A stretch of DNA of 64,000 nt from Euglena gracilis (Eukaryota). The stretch spans positions 12,766,716-12,830,715 of the forward strand of contig CP154954.1 of NCBI GenBank assembly GCA_039621445.1. Direction: 5' to 3'. The position numbers and the translations under genes are program-made. Positions 1 to 12,300 of this stretch are shown piece by piece. Numbering within the stretch: the first letter of the stretch is position 1; each line of letters begins with the position of its first letter. Below the pieces are notes generated by a model. The model saw only the letters and a program-made list of their open reading frames with translations, was not told the DNA's origin and ran no database searches.

Positions 1-1363
1 CCTCAAACCACAAGAGTTAATTGCCTTTGAAGACCTGCCTTTGAAGACAGTCAAATGCACTCACCGCTGCCGTCCCAGCAGGTGCCTTGCGTGAACAACA
101 GTTAGTTCCTGTTGTGCTGCTGCTGCTGACCGGTTTCTGGATCCATTCAGTCGTCAGAAACGCAGCAATGGAGCACTGGAACACTTTCTGCACAAACACT
201 CTCGCCGAAAAAAGCAGCGTTCCTGGTTGACAAAATGTAGCTTCGGTGTCGTGTGTGTTTCTGTGGTCGATTCACAAATCATGTCAGTTGAAGACCTTGT
301 GAAACCGAAGATTTGCTGAAATGGTGTGCCACGACCTCCCCCAGTGTTGTCGTGAATTTTTGGCATTGTGCAAGATTGCAACAAAATGGCCAACAGTTGC
401 TAAAGTGGACAGAAATGGAAAACTGGTCAAAAAATGACCTCAAACGGTCAAAAATGGCCAAAGTCATGAAATTTGTTTCAGAATGGACAGAAAATCCAGG
501 TGCTTGCCACCCCTCCTTTTTGTACTGGATGTTCCAGGCCACCCCCCTCCCCTCTTCAGACTGATGGGAGGTCTGGGTTTTTTTTTGTTCTCCGGCTCTT
601 TGCGCCGGACCACAGTGAACTTAAATGCGCAATTTGTCATGTGCATTTAAGCATATTTTCTGGCGCTTTTTTTCCCAGAGGGAGTCCAACCCCCCTCCAG
701 GGTGTGTCTTAACCAGTCCCCCCCCCTGCCCGCCCATTTCATAACCTGGTCGACACCCCCAACTGGTCAGAGACAGAAATGTTTTAGCGACCGCCTCCCT
801 GGTCGGCGACGAATATCCATGGTTCAACAACTATGAATGTTCGTCTCTGACCAGGGAGGCAGACCGGGGGTGGGAGGTTGTTGGGTGTTGTGAAAACGTT
901 GAGACCAGCCTGGACGCCAATGAACAGTGCAACCCCCTTCCTAGCGATCAGACTCCCCCATAAGGGTTCGCAGTACAACCCTGGGGGGGGGGTCGACTGC
1001 AGCTAGTCTAATTTGGCTTGGACCCGCTGGGGAGGGTCCCGCTTACAGGCTAGGTGGTGGTTTTTTGAGACCAGCACAAAGCACCGGAAATTTTTTTACC
1101 CCCAAACCCTGCCAAAAATGCCCGTTCTGCGTTTTTTAGGTTTTTTTTTGGAACAGAACCAGCCAAATAAAAAGCACACACGAAAAACCAATTTGCTCCT
1201 GGGGGGGCAGCTGGTTGTGGTGAGTTTTCCAGTCCGGGAGGGCCTGCGGGACCCGGATCTCGGACCTCCCAGGAGAGAGGGATCCAGCTAGTGGCTTCTC
1301 TAGTGGCTGTTTTTCGGACCCCCCCTCGGGATCCCAAGGCAGAGTCTGGCCCTGGTAATGCAG

Positions 1364-1493
<130 letters not shown>

Positions 1494-1519
1494 AGTTTGC
1501 GTGTGTTTTCGTGTCTGTC

Positions 1520-3167
1520 CAGGGGCAGGGAGATATTCCGGTCCGGAATAAACGGAATAAACCGGAATAGCGAAAACCGGAATAAACCGGAATAAGCCGG
1601 AATAACCAGAATAAAAGTGCCAGCCAATGGCTTGAAAATTCTGCAAGACACAAAGACAATGAAGGTGAAGTTTGATATATTTTCAGGTTTCAAAGTCACA
1701 AGAGCAACAGAAGAACGCAAGCGTAGCGCAATCGGCACTTGATAGCAGGAGCACACCTCCACTTTGCCTCTTTCTCCCCCTGGTTGAATACATTTTTTGT
1801 TTGGATTTTCTCCCCATTTGTGGGGTTGTACTTAGTGAATGTTTGTCCCTGACTTCTTTCCAAAGGGACATGAACTAGGACAATATCAAAGCTGATTTTT
1901 TGGGGGCAGGGATCCATTTGGACAAAGTGAATCATCCTTCAATCAGGGGGTAATAACACTTTTAGGCAGCCTAATTCGGCATTGAGGTTTTGATTCTTGC
2001 ATTGCGCTTAAGCGCAATCAAGCACCCACCCACCCCCGTGGGGTGGGCACCCGACTAAGCACAAGCCTGAGCGCAACGTTGAAACCGGCAGTGAAACCCA
2101 CCCTTTTGGCCCTCTGGTTCCACGGGGACCCTCCACGGTGGCACATACATCATTTGCGGTTGTTGGCTGGTTGGGTCCTTAGGTCCTTAGGTCCCTTGTT
2201 TTCCCCAGATGTTGCTACACATGCCAGGTGACTTTTGGCCCGTTCTGTTGCTTTTTCAGATCTGTCCGTGAAGGTTCGCTTGCTGAGGTGTCCGCTTCGG
2301 CACAACACGCTAATTATTTTTTTAATTTAGAATTTTAAAAATTGCATTTATTACGCCGTGACGCCATATAACTCTTAAATTTTCATTCCACACGAGTGTG
2401 CCCAATTCACGGATGCGCAATAAAAGCAAAAATTGACGCATATGTTGTTATTATTACGCAAGTGTGCAATGATCCCCGTATTTAGAATTACAAAAAGAAT
2501 TAAAAACATTTTGCCGAAGTGCAATGTGTTTTTTTGTAATGAAAAAAGTCGTTGCACCATGGCGCAACTGCGCGAGGGAGTTCCCTCGGTTCATTACCTG
2601 GCGCTTTGGGATCATGCACACTGGGCCCAGGGAGCCCTGTGCCCATACACCGTAGAGTTCCAAGTTGTTATTTCCCCAGGCCCTGGGGGTAGGGAGACGC
2701 TAATTCGGACTGTCTTGAACCTCAGGCCTCGGTGTTCAAAAAGCGCGTGGGTGCAATTTTACACTTTCAAAGCTAAGTGCGAGTTAGGCCGCCTAAGACA
2801 TTCAGTGGGACAATTTTTTGGGGAAGAACGGGGACAGCGGTGCCAGGGACCTGCCTCAAGAGAAAACCCCGAGCACCAATTTTCCTCGGCTTGTTTTTCC
2901 TGAAAAGGCCGGGGTCTGCTGCAGTGTGCAGACCCGCATCACCAAGTGCGAAGTCACCATTTTGCTGGGCGGGGCAACCAAGGAATGCATCCCCATTCCT
3001 GAAACCCAGGTGAGCGCTTCAGCCCAACTGTACTTCAAAAAAATCCTAAGTCCATTCAGACAGAAATTGACCGGAATAAACCGGAATAAACCGGAATAAC
3101 CCGGAATAAACCGGAATAAAACCCCGGAATAAAATTTTCGGCCGACCGGAATACCTCCCTGCCCCTG
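1520..3167. mobile_element. Non-autonomous TIR DNA transposon, hAT-like
   Basis: TIRs caggggcagggagatattccggtc (1520-1543) and gaccggaatacctccctgcccctg (3144-3167). Subterminal (ccggaataaa)n arrays at 1544-1613 and 3071-3133. gtctgtc flanks both ends (7 bp). No transposase seen. Confidence 0.65.
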
Positions 3168-4298
3168 GTCTGTCTGTCTGTTTGGTTTTAGAATACAGGT
3201 TTTGATTTTTGCAAATTGCCCCACCATGCTGGTTTTGTCGTATCGGCACTCGCTTCAGCTGCACTCGTCGTGAACCTGTAGACCTGCAATCTGACCAAGG
3301 TTTTCAGAATTCATTTCGTTCCACCTGTTTACTGGAGTATATGAAGAGAACGCTTCCTTCATTCTCCCACCTCATTTGTTGCACTGCGACCGCTTTGACC
3401 GTGCCATGTCTTTGCCCGTGGTAACAGAGGGTGCTTTGTTTATGGGTGTCTGTGCAGTGTCGAGGTGAAAGTGTAGTCAAAAACTGCTTTTTTTTGTTTG
3501 ACTCCCTGTGTGTGTTTTACGGTGCCTACCCACCATGCATAATGAACCCCCTTGTCCGACGAATCGGGGTCCGGACCTTCCGGTTTGTAAGCTTTTATAA
3601 CAGTGCAAATGCCCATACACTCACGCTCAAAGAAAAAAACCCAATTTGGACTCTCTACATTTCATTTTGGTGTCCATTCGGCTTCGGGGGGAGGTGATTG
3701 AAATATAATTGCACAATAAAAACCGACCTGTGTTTCATGGATTCCAGGCCACTTCACATTCCCCTTTGGAAAGTGGTCAACCAACGATGGTGGGTGAGGT
3801 TTGAACCGTCACTGCTTGACGAGGCAAGATATCGGAAGACTTGGCACAATGCAGGTTTCGCAGCATGGCCGCTTTCCAACCCATCGTGGATCCATGGCAA
3901 CCTGCTGAAGCGTCCCCCACTGGCTGCATCGTTTGTTGATCGTGATTGCAGTCTATTTTGCTTGAGTTGGATGGGACATTTCCATGGTCCATCTCGATGA
4001 GAACCTCACCAGCAGCCCCCCCCCCCTTGCCCCCCCAACTGCATATTTTGCTGGGATTTCAAGATCCTCAGAGGGGCTTCTTCGGCTCTTTCAAACTTGT
4101 GTGGGTGACCTATACAAAAGTTGGTTTGTATCCCTGTTTTCTCCAACAATGAGCGTTTTTTTGTCTAAAATGAACAACTTCTGGAAAGAATGCATATAAC
4201 CACCCAAAGTTTTTCTGCTTTCTCCTGAATGGCTCCCTCGGCAGGCATTGTGTTTGGGGGGTTTATATTTTTGGTGGGGATTGCAATATTTTTCTGTA

Positions 4299-4435
4299 CC
4301 TGCCCCCCCCCCAGTCGTACGACCACCCCTCATTTACGACCACCCCCCGGTCACAGGTTGCAGGTCATGGGAGTGTTATGACCCCCCCCCCCGGTCACAG
4401 GTTGCAGGAACCCGGTCGTACGACTAGGGGGGGGG
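4299..4435. mobile_element. MITE with poly-C/poly-G TIRs (same family as 21225-21475)
   Basis: cccc-agtcgtacgacc ... ggtcgtacgact-agggg TIRs, TA on both sides, internal ccccggtcacaggttgcagg repeats. Confidence 0.75.
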
Positions 4436-4653
4436 TACAATTTCCTGAATTTCTGGGACAAGGAGGGAGGCTTTCAGAAGTTGAAAGTCGGAAATTTGAC
4501 TGATTCAGCCTGTGTCCATAAACCAATCGCCCCTGCCAACACCTAATTACACAACTTCCCACTCTTTCCCCGCTTCGGGCAGTTGTTCTGATATGCTGAA
4601 TTGGTGAGTTAATTTTGAAGCCAATCCTGTTGGGTCCCGAGGGTTATGTGCGT

Positions 4654-4831
4654 ACCTCCCCCCCCCCCTTGTCGGCGTGTCATTGACACACACCCCGTGT
4701 CAACGACACTTTTCTGGAACACTACTCATTGATTCACAGTGACATTGACATGGCGTGTTGTTGACACACACCCCGTGTCAACGGCACTCTCCTGGAACAT
4801 TGGCGTGTCAACGACAAGGGGGGGGGGAGGT
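4654..4831. mobile_element. MITE-like palindromic element
   Basis: acctc(c)n-ttgtcg ... cgacaa-(g)n-aggt inverted ends; two internal copies of ttgacacacaccccgtgtcaac. Confidence 0.65.
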
Positions 4832-5438
4832 GGTTTTGGCATTTGGGAAGTGGAATCCAGTCCGAAGCCCAGTGTGTTTCGGAGTCAAAAGAATTCACCC
4901 GAAGCCCCGAAAATTATGTTTCCGAAGTGCTCCCCATTCCTTTGGAAATCGCTGCCTGGAAGCCCTGCGGCAAGCTTGCTACCATTGAGGTGTCGAGGTG
5001 GCACGAGCTGCAGGGAATCCTGATCTGTAGTTGCCTCAATGGGTTGACCATAGCTACTTTTGCTCTTGCTGGTTTTTCTATACCCAAACTTTTTGGGCTT
5101 GACTATGTTTGCTTCTTGCCTGTGTGCCTTTTGGTCCACTACTTGGCTGCCTGCATTTCCCTCCGGATGCCCGTCAGTTGGTTTCACAGGGTTTGTTTAC
5201 GTCCAATGGTTTTCATCAAACGCACTGGACTTCACTGAACCACGATGATGTTTCTCTCATGTTGGCCCATCCAACCAGAGGAAGTTGTGAGGTTCTTTGT
5301 GCTCCGCTACATTTTTGTATTGCGGCATCCGTGTTTTTTATCCAGTGGCACACTTCTCTTTAACAGTCACCGTTTCAGTGAATACATGCATGCATGCATT
5401 GCAAACGTTTCGGCAAAGCATCTGTGAAATGGCTGGGC

Positions 5439-5721
5439 CAGGGATTTTTTTAAGTTTGGACCCCCGGGGGGGGGGTAGGGTGGGTGGGTCCGCCGGTCCC
5501 CCCCCCCCCGGGGGGGGTACCCCCCGGAGGGGGGTGGGATATACTTTTCGGCGCCGCAGGCGCCGAAAAATTCTATTTTTAGCACTTTTCGCGATTTTTC
5601 GGCCATTTTTTGTGGGTCCCCCGGACCCCCCTCCCCCCCCCCCGGGGGGCCCCCCCCGAGGGGGGTGTGTGGGGGGGGGGCGCCCCCCCCCCTCCCCCCC
5701 CCGGTCTTAAAAAAACCCCTG
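5439..5721. mobile_element. hAT-type MITE
   Basis: TIRs cagggatttttttaag / cttaaaaaaacccctg with a perfect 8-bp TSD ggctgggc (5431-5438, 5722-5729). Confidence 0.85.
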
Positions 5722-6321
5722 GGCTGGGCACAATTGGCTTTGATGACAGTCATAGATGGTGTCCCGTGCATATACTCATTTAAACACCCCAGGGTGGGGG
5801 AATTTCTTCCCGGGCCCAAACCCACCCACACACTTTTTTCAAAAACCTACCCACTCACGACCCCCCCCCGGGGGGTGGTCAACCACCCACCTGCCCACCC
5901 AAAATCCGGCCAAAAGAAACCGAAGAAGTTGAAAAAAGGTTTGCGCAACGGCCTTCGGACCTGTGACTTTTCTGACCTACGGCGCACCTATCCCCCCCCA
6001 GGAGGGGTTCCAGAGGCCCCAACCGACCCACCCCCTCTCGAAACTTCACTTCGGGGGTGTGGTCACTCGGGTGTTGCGATAATCTGTGGTTCTGTATCTG
6101 GGATTGTCTGGCGTTATTGGAAATTTCGTCCAACAGTGGCCACGTTTGGCCCCTGTTGACCTTTCTTCTCCTTTTTCTCCGCTTCTGGCCGTCTTTGGCC
6201 ATTTGTGCCTATGCGTGCTTTTGAGTATTTTCGGTCATTTTTGGCCCACTGTTGACATTTTTTGTCCAGTTTTGCCCTTTTCTGGCACTGGGATTTCTGT
6301 GTGGACTGGTTGTGAGTGATC

Positions 6322-6380
6322 GTGACTGGGCATGACTGGGCGTGACTGGGTATGGCTGGGCGTGACTGAGTGTGACTGGT
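6322..6380. repeat. Degenerate 10-bp tandem repeat (gtgactgggc)
   Basis: Six consecutive RTGRCTGRNN decamers. Confidence 0.75.
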
Positions 6381-9300
6381 CTAGAATTCTGGATGGCCAT
6401 AGGTGCTTGGTGGGGTGTGATAAATGCGAAAAAAAACACATTTTTTTGCTTGTTTGTAACTGCTGCAAATTTTCATAATTTAGGACCATTTTTCAAAGAG
6501 GAACTGTCAAAAAATGAAAAGTCCGCAAAAAAACAGAAGGGGAATGACGGTGGTCTGTGGAGGAGGATGTGGGGAAGGTCTGGCTGGAGACGTGGTGGCT
6601 GGGTACCCTACCCCCTTCAGCTGAAGGGAAAAAAAAAGAACAAGCCCTGGGCAGGAAATAATTAACTCGAAAAACCCGCTTTTGACCATTTTTTGACCAA
6701 ATTTCAAATGAGCATTTCAGCGACCCCCCCCCCCCGGGGGTCGGAAGTTTGGCTGTGAGTTGCTCCAGGGAAGGTGGATCAAAACGTCATTCTCACAAGC
6801 CATGCAACGTGGTTGCAAACATTTGTCGCCTCCACAGGCAAATTTGTCCCCCCCACGACCCCCCTTCCATTTTTTTTTCCGAAATGCCAAAAAAGATTGA
6901 TATTTTGGCTGTGCACGGACGACTGGACACCCCTTTGTTTGGGGGGCTGAAGAAAACACTTCCTCTTGTTCACACACGTTTCGAGGTGATCCAGTACAAA
7001 TGCAGAAAGTTAAAAGTGGAACCATCTAACCAGGCCACAAAATGGGGCTTAGCCAGAAGAGACAAAGAAGACGCAGCACAGATTATGGCTGCCCAATAAT
7101 TGCAAAGTTTTTTTGTGACCTAATGCCTCCAAGATGAACAAACACCAAATCATGGGACGGCGTGAAACGCCGGATTTTTTTTATATCTGGTTGTTCACCC
7201 CATCCTTTCCAGGTCTTTTCAGGGGAGGTGCATTAACATCCCCGATTGATTCTGCTGCACAGCGCTATTTATCAAAACCTGGTCAGTTGGGGCACCAGAC
7301 AAGGCCACCAGAGGCAGAGGCAGAGGGTGGCATTCTGCCCGCCGGTGACATATCTCACAACAGAGAAGTGTTCGCCCAGACCCTAGGGATATATCTGACC
7401 TCCTCCCCCCCCCCCAACCTTGACCGCTTTGCGGGCAGCAGTGTGCTGGTTTGACCTCGCTGAACCTACCAATGTGCTGGAGGGAGCCGCCCGTGGGACA
7501 CAGGCGAATTTCCACGATTGCACCAGAGTTGCTCGTTCAACGGATTGCCAATGAGAAAAGTAGTAAATTAACTGGAACACGATAAAAAAAAGTCAAAAAA
7601 ATAAGAATATAAACAAAAAATAAATAAAAAATAGCTACGTAACAGACAGATGTAATAAGAAGGGCATCATATAAACCATAAAAAAGATTACATAAATCGA
7701 AATAATCAAACAAATTAAAGCAAAATAGAAATAAATAAACAAAACCGGCAGCATCTGGGAGCATGATTTGTGCTGTATCTTCTTTGAAGTTCTGGGCATA
7801 TTTCATTTTCGTTTTCACGAACTGTCCAGCACACTTCGAAATGTGTGTGACTCTGAAGCAGTGTTTTCCTGAAGACCAGGACCAGGAGGACCAGGACAAA
7901 GGGGAGTCCAGCCGGCTGCAGAGGTACTGGCTGGACCTACCCCGCCCTTTAGATGCTCTCAAAAAGCGAGTGGAGAGAGTGAGGTTTACGGGGTGAGGGG
8001 TGGTTTACGGGGTGGTGAATGTCCCGGGGCACTGGTGGGGTGGGGGGGGGAGGCTGGGGGATTTTTTTGGATGCAAATCGGTGAAATTTTGTCCAAATAT
8101 GTCGAAAGCGGGTGCTTTGAGGGTGGGCGTTTGGTATTTTTAACACCTTTTTTTTCACTTTGCACTTTTCAGCTCAAAAATTTTTGATGTTTCCCCCCAA
8201 ATTGGTCAGAAATGCCCCAAAGCATTCAGGTGTTCTGCTTGCCTCCCCTCCTTCGTCGGCCAATCGCCGCTGTGGGTCACGCGGTCACGCCTCCCAGTCA
8301 TGTGCGGTGGTGTCATCCCCTCACTCACCCCCACACGCTTGCTGCTTTCCGCCTTGGTCGCCTCCATCCCCAGGGTGGGACACGCCGCTGGTTGCCCAGG
8401 CGTGGGGATGCTGTTTTCCAGAAAGGGACCACGGAATCTGAGTCTCGTGGATTTAGACTGCTTTTTTCTTAACCCCGGGTTTTCTCCGTGCACTCTCTTT
8501 TTGACAATCAGCAGAAAGATTCAGGGTTCTTTGCTAATGAAGGTATATTGTCCCCAGGCTATATTGTCCCCCAGCCGGCAGGACAGTTTATTGTGGTACA
8601 TGTTCTTCAAACTCGTTTTTTGTGTAGGTTGTTATTTATTTTTGCAAGGTTTTGTGGTGTGTGCATGTGTTAATTTTGAGAGTAATACTCAGAAATGCTT
8701 TCAATTCAATGGACTTTCCTGATTTGGGACCCAATTTTCAGCTGAGACCTTTTTTTTGCCAGAAATCGAAAATTTCAACTCTTTATGGTCCCAATGATAT
8801 CCACTGTGTTTCTACACTGTGTTTCTTGACGATTTGATAACAGCATTCTTTTAGGTGGCCCAAGCGTTCAGTCTGGAACCAATTTTCTGTATGTTTTCCT
8901 GATTAATGCATCTTGTTTCTTGCTTTTTTTTTCTGCGGCAGACTGTTTTGCGGGTTGTAGATCGTAGATTGAAAATAATTTGTAAATTTCTTAACCCCAA
9001 ATCTCCGCCCCAAGACAAAAATACTTCTTTTGCTTTTCCAACTCAGGTGAAATATCTTTATGGATTGGAGTCGGATTCCCCCTCGGGTCGCCCAGTCTCC
9101 CCCTCAGGTGTCCAAGTACCTCCCACGGCCTGGGGATCTGTGAAAACGGACGAGGCAAAACTTTGTTGCGTTTGACTTTTTCCCAACAAAAATGACGAAA
9201 CCGCGGCTCGTTTTTGGCGTCCCATTCTGGGCTGGCGCCGCCGGCCCACCCTGGCGATCTCTTCGTTCCAGCGTCGTGCCTCAGCCACTTGGCCGAGACG

Positions 9301-12300
9301 CTCCCCCCTCCGGTCTGCACCGCCAGCGCTGACTGCACCTCCAGCGCACAGGGCCTTCCACACTCTCTCAGCCACCACGAGTCGCGCACTCTCGGGTGCC
9401 AAAGGGATCTTTCCTCCCCTGGACTGACCCCGTGTGGAAAGCCGTGCAAGACAATCGTTCACACGTGTCTCTTTTGCTCTTTGCCAGGAACTGGCATTTT
9501 AATGCGCTATTTGCAAGGGTGGTCCAAGGGCTATCGAACCAACATTTTTGATATTGAATGTTCTCCAAAATCAAAAAGTCAAAAAAACATTTTTTTTTCT
9601 GGGGTTGGATCTATACTGTTCCAGCAATGCCAGAAATCATTTTTTTCTTCCTGGAGTGTTTTTTTTTTCCACGAGATTAATTAGATTAATTGATCCCGTC
9701 TGGCTGGCCCTGTCCACCCCCAGCCCCCTCCCTCCTGAGCCTCTGAGAAATTTATAATGCTTCAAAAAGGCTTAAAAACTTTGGACTGGCAGAATTTTCT
9801 CCGACCGAACAAAATCAAAACACAAACTCACGCCAAAAACCAGCCAAGTGCCCAATGCAAGCAACCCTATGTGAGCAACCCCCAAATTTCGAATTTGTAC
9901 ACAACCAAGAGCCTCAGCGAGTTTGGAGCTGAAAAATGAATGTGATGAAATTGTGGTATATTTCATTTGTATTCTTATCGTGCTGAACATTATGGTGATA
10001 AACATTGCTGGTGTCTTTCGGGGATTGGTGTGCGCAAATGCTACAAATCAACCATATGCAAACACGGTACATATTTCGGACTATCATTTGCGCTTTTCTC
10101 TGCCGGAACAGAAAAAAATATATAAACAAAACATAAAACACCACAGAGTCATTTTTTTGCAAGAAAACATTTTTTTCTTCTTCATAAAACAACCAATAAA
10201 CACCATATGTTTTACGCAGAAAGAAAGTGTGACGCGAATTTGCAAAATGACATGGTTGGTTTCCTCAATTGCATATTTTTCTTTCAAGATGTGATTACTG
10301 CTGCTTTCATCGTCCGTGTACGCATTCACACACACTACCATCATTTTTGCTATGGTGTGGGTGTCACAGAGTTTAAACATCACTGGGATAGTAAAAGACA
10401 TTGAACTCCACTGGTAATTGGTGGCAGTCCTCCTATGTCTTTTATCCCCTCATCAACCATCAGTGCCAGATTTAACAGCCAATTTCTACCTATTTTATTT
10501 GTTGCTTGTGAATTTCCTCTCTTTTTGTAACCAACTTCAAAAAACCTTCACAACGCGTCGCAGGATTTCAGAAAGCAACCAAATGGGTGGATATGTCACC
10601 CCACCCCCAAAAAAGCCACCTCCCGCAAGCAGTTGCCAAGGAAAGAGAAGGATGTAAGGACCGGGGTTTTTGTGTGTGTGTATGTGTGGGTGTCTGTGTG
10701 TGTGTCTCACCCCTCCGTCAAACACATATTTAAATTAAAATCAAAATTAGGAGTATTTGTATAAGATTTGAATTGGATTAAATAGCAGACCCAAATCAAA
10801 AACAACGACTGGCCCAAGGATTACCTGTTATTGTTTGCACAACTTTTCATGATCATATCCTGACACGGTACAATAAGCAACATTTTTTGTTCCACAGGTA
10901 CTTTTTGTTCCTGCAACGCGTGCCGATGACCACCAGCAAAGCCACCCCACGGCCACCCCAGCCCGCCGACCTCGAAGTCTGCCTGAAGGGCCCGGCTGCC
11001 AAGCGGGCTGCAACCACAGGGGGCCCGTGTTGGTTCCACTGCCTCAACTCCTGTAACAACCTCCATGTGTTAGCGTCACATTTCTTGTGCAGCATTTTTT
11101 TTCTGCCTTCCTTTTTTTTTTTTACACCAGTGAAGTACGACGTTTATCGTGCCGTCAAGTTGTGGTGCGTGGTGTTTCAATGACGGCCCCCACCCCCCCG
11201 CGATTCCAGGGGTTGGAAAGGTTGAAGAATTTGGATGAAATATTGTTTTCAAATTAAGACAAATTAATGACCCAAATTGCTGGGGAATGCAATTTTCCCC
11301 CTACGCTGTGTGGACCCCTCCCCGAGGTCCTTTGGCGCCATCTTCATCCTCTGCACCCATCAGCGGGAGCACACAGCACCCAGCAGCGGGGATTCGCTTG
11401 CGCTTGCTTGTAGGCGGTGGGGGCATGTTTTTTTTAGCTTTCTCAATGGTCCACCTCACCACCGTCCAATGTCATCGGCATTTAACCCCCTTGTCCACCG
11501 ACCATTTATACATACACCAAGCACCCCGGGTGGGGGATGCAGGCGAAGAGGTGCGTACAACCCACCCTGGTCAGGGGTCGTTGGCCACGGTTGGTGAGCA
11601 AGGAGGGGGGGGGCAGGGGGTGGCAGATGTTATTCACCCCAGTTGAATATTAAACCCCAGTTCAACCCAAGTTGATTATTAAAGCTCTTTTTCTGGAGTC
11701 GCAATCTGCAATGTCTGCTGTTGATTTGTAATTCCTCCTGGTTTCACAGTGTTCTTGCAGCTATCGAAGAGAACGGAGTCAAATGGTGAATTGCACAGGA
11801 AGACACGATGACCTCCTCATCGTTGTCTCCAATCTTCCATCCTTCTATAAATGTTTGTGTCAAATTTATGGGCCGACATTTCTAAGTTTATCTCCTTGCA
11901 GGTCTTTAACCTCCCTCTCTCCAAGCATCACGCCACCTCAACCACGCCAGATGCCATAAGGGTTTGGGTTCAGATTTGGAAATGGTAGGGTTTGGTGCAG
12001 GGGATGGGGTTTGGAATGGGATAGAGTTAGAATTTGAAGGTTGAGGATAGGGATAGGGTTTGGGTGGGGTCGGGTCGATAAAGAAGATTAGGAAGAACGT
12101 CTGCCGTTTACTCTGAAAATATATTGTTTTTTCAACAAAAAATGATATTGGGGATTGAAGTGATACCTTCTTTAAAGTGAATTTAGATGGCCTGGGATGC
12201 ATTTTTCACTGTTTTGGTGTTTTTTTGCGCACTTGTACATTCCTTTTTTGACCAACTGCGTTGCCATCACTGCACCGGGCAGCGCGCCCAACAAGCCGAG

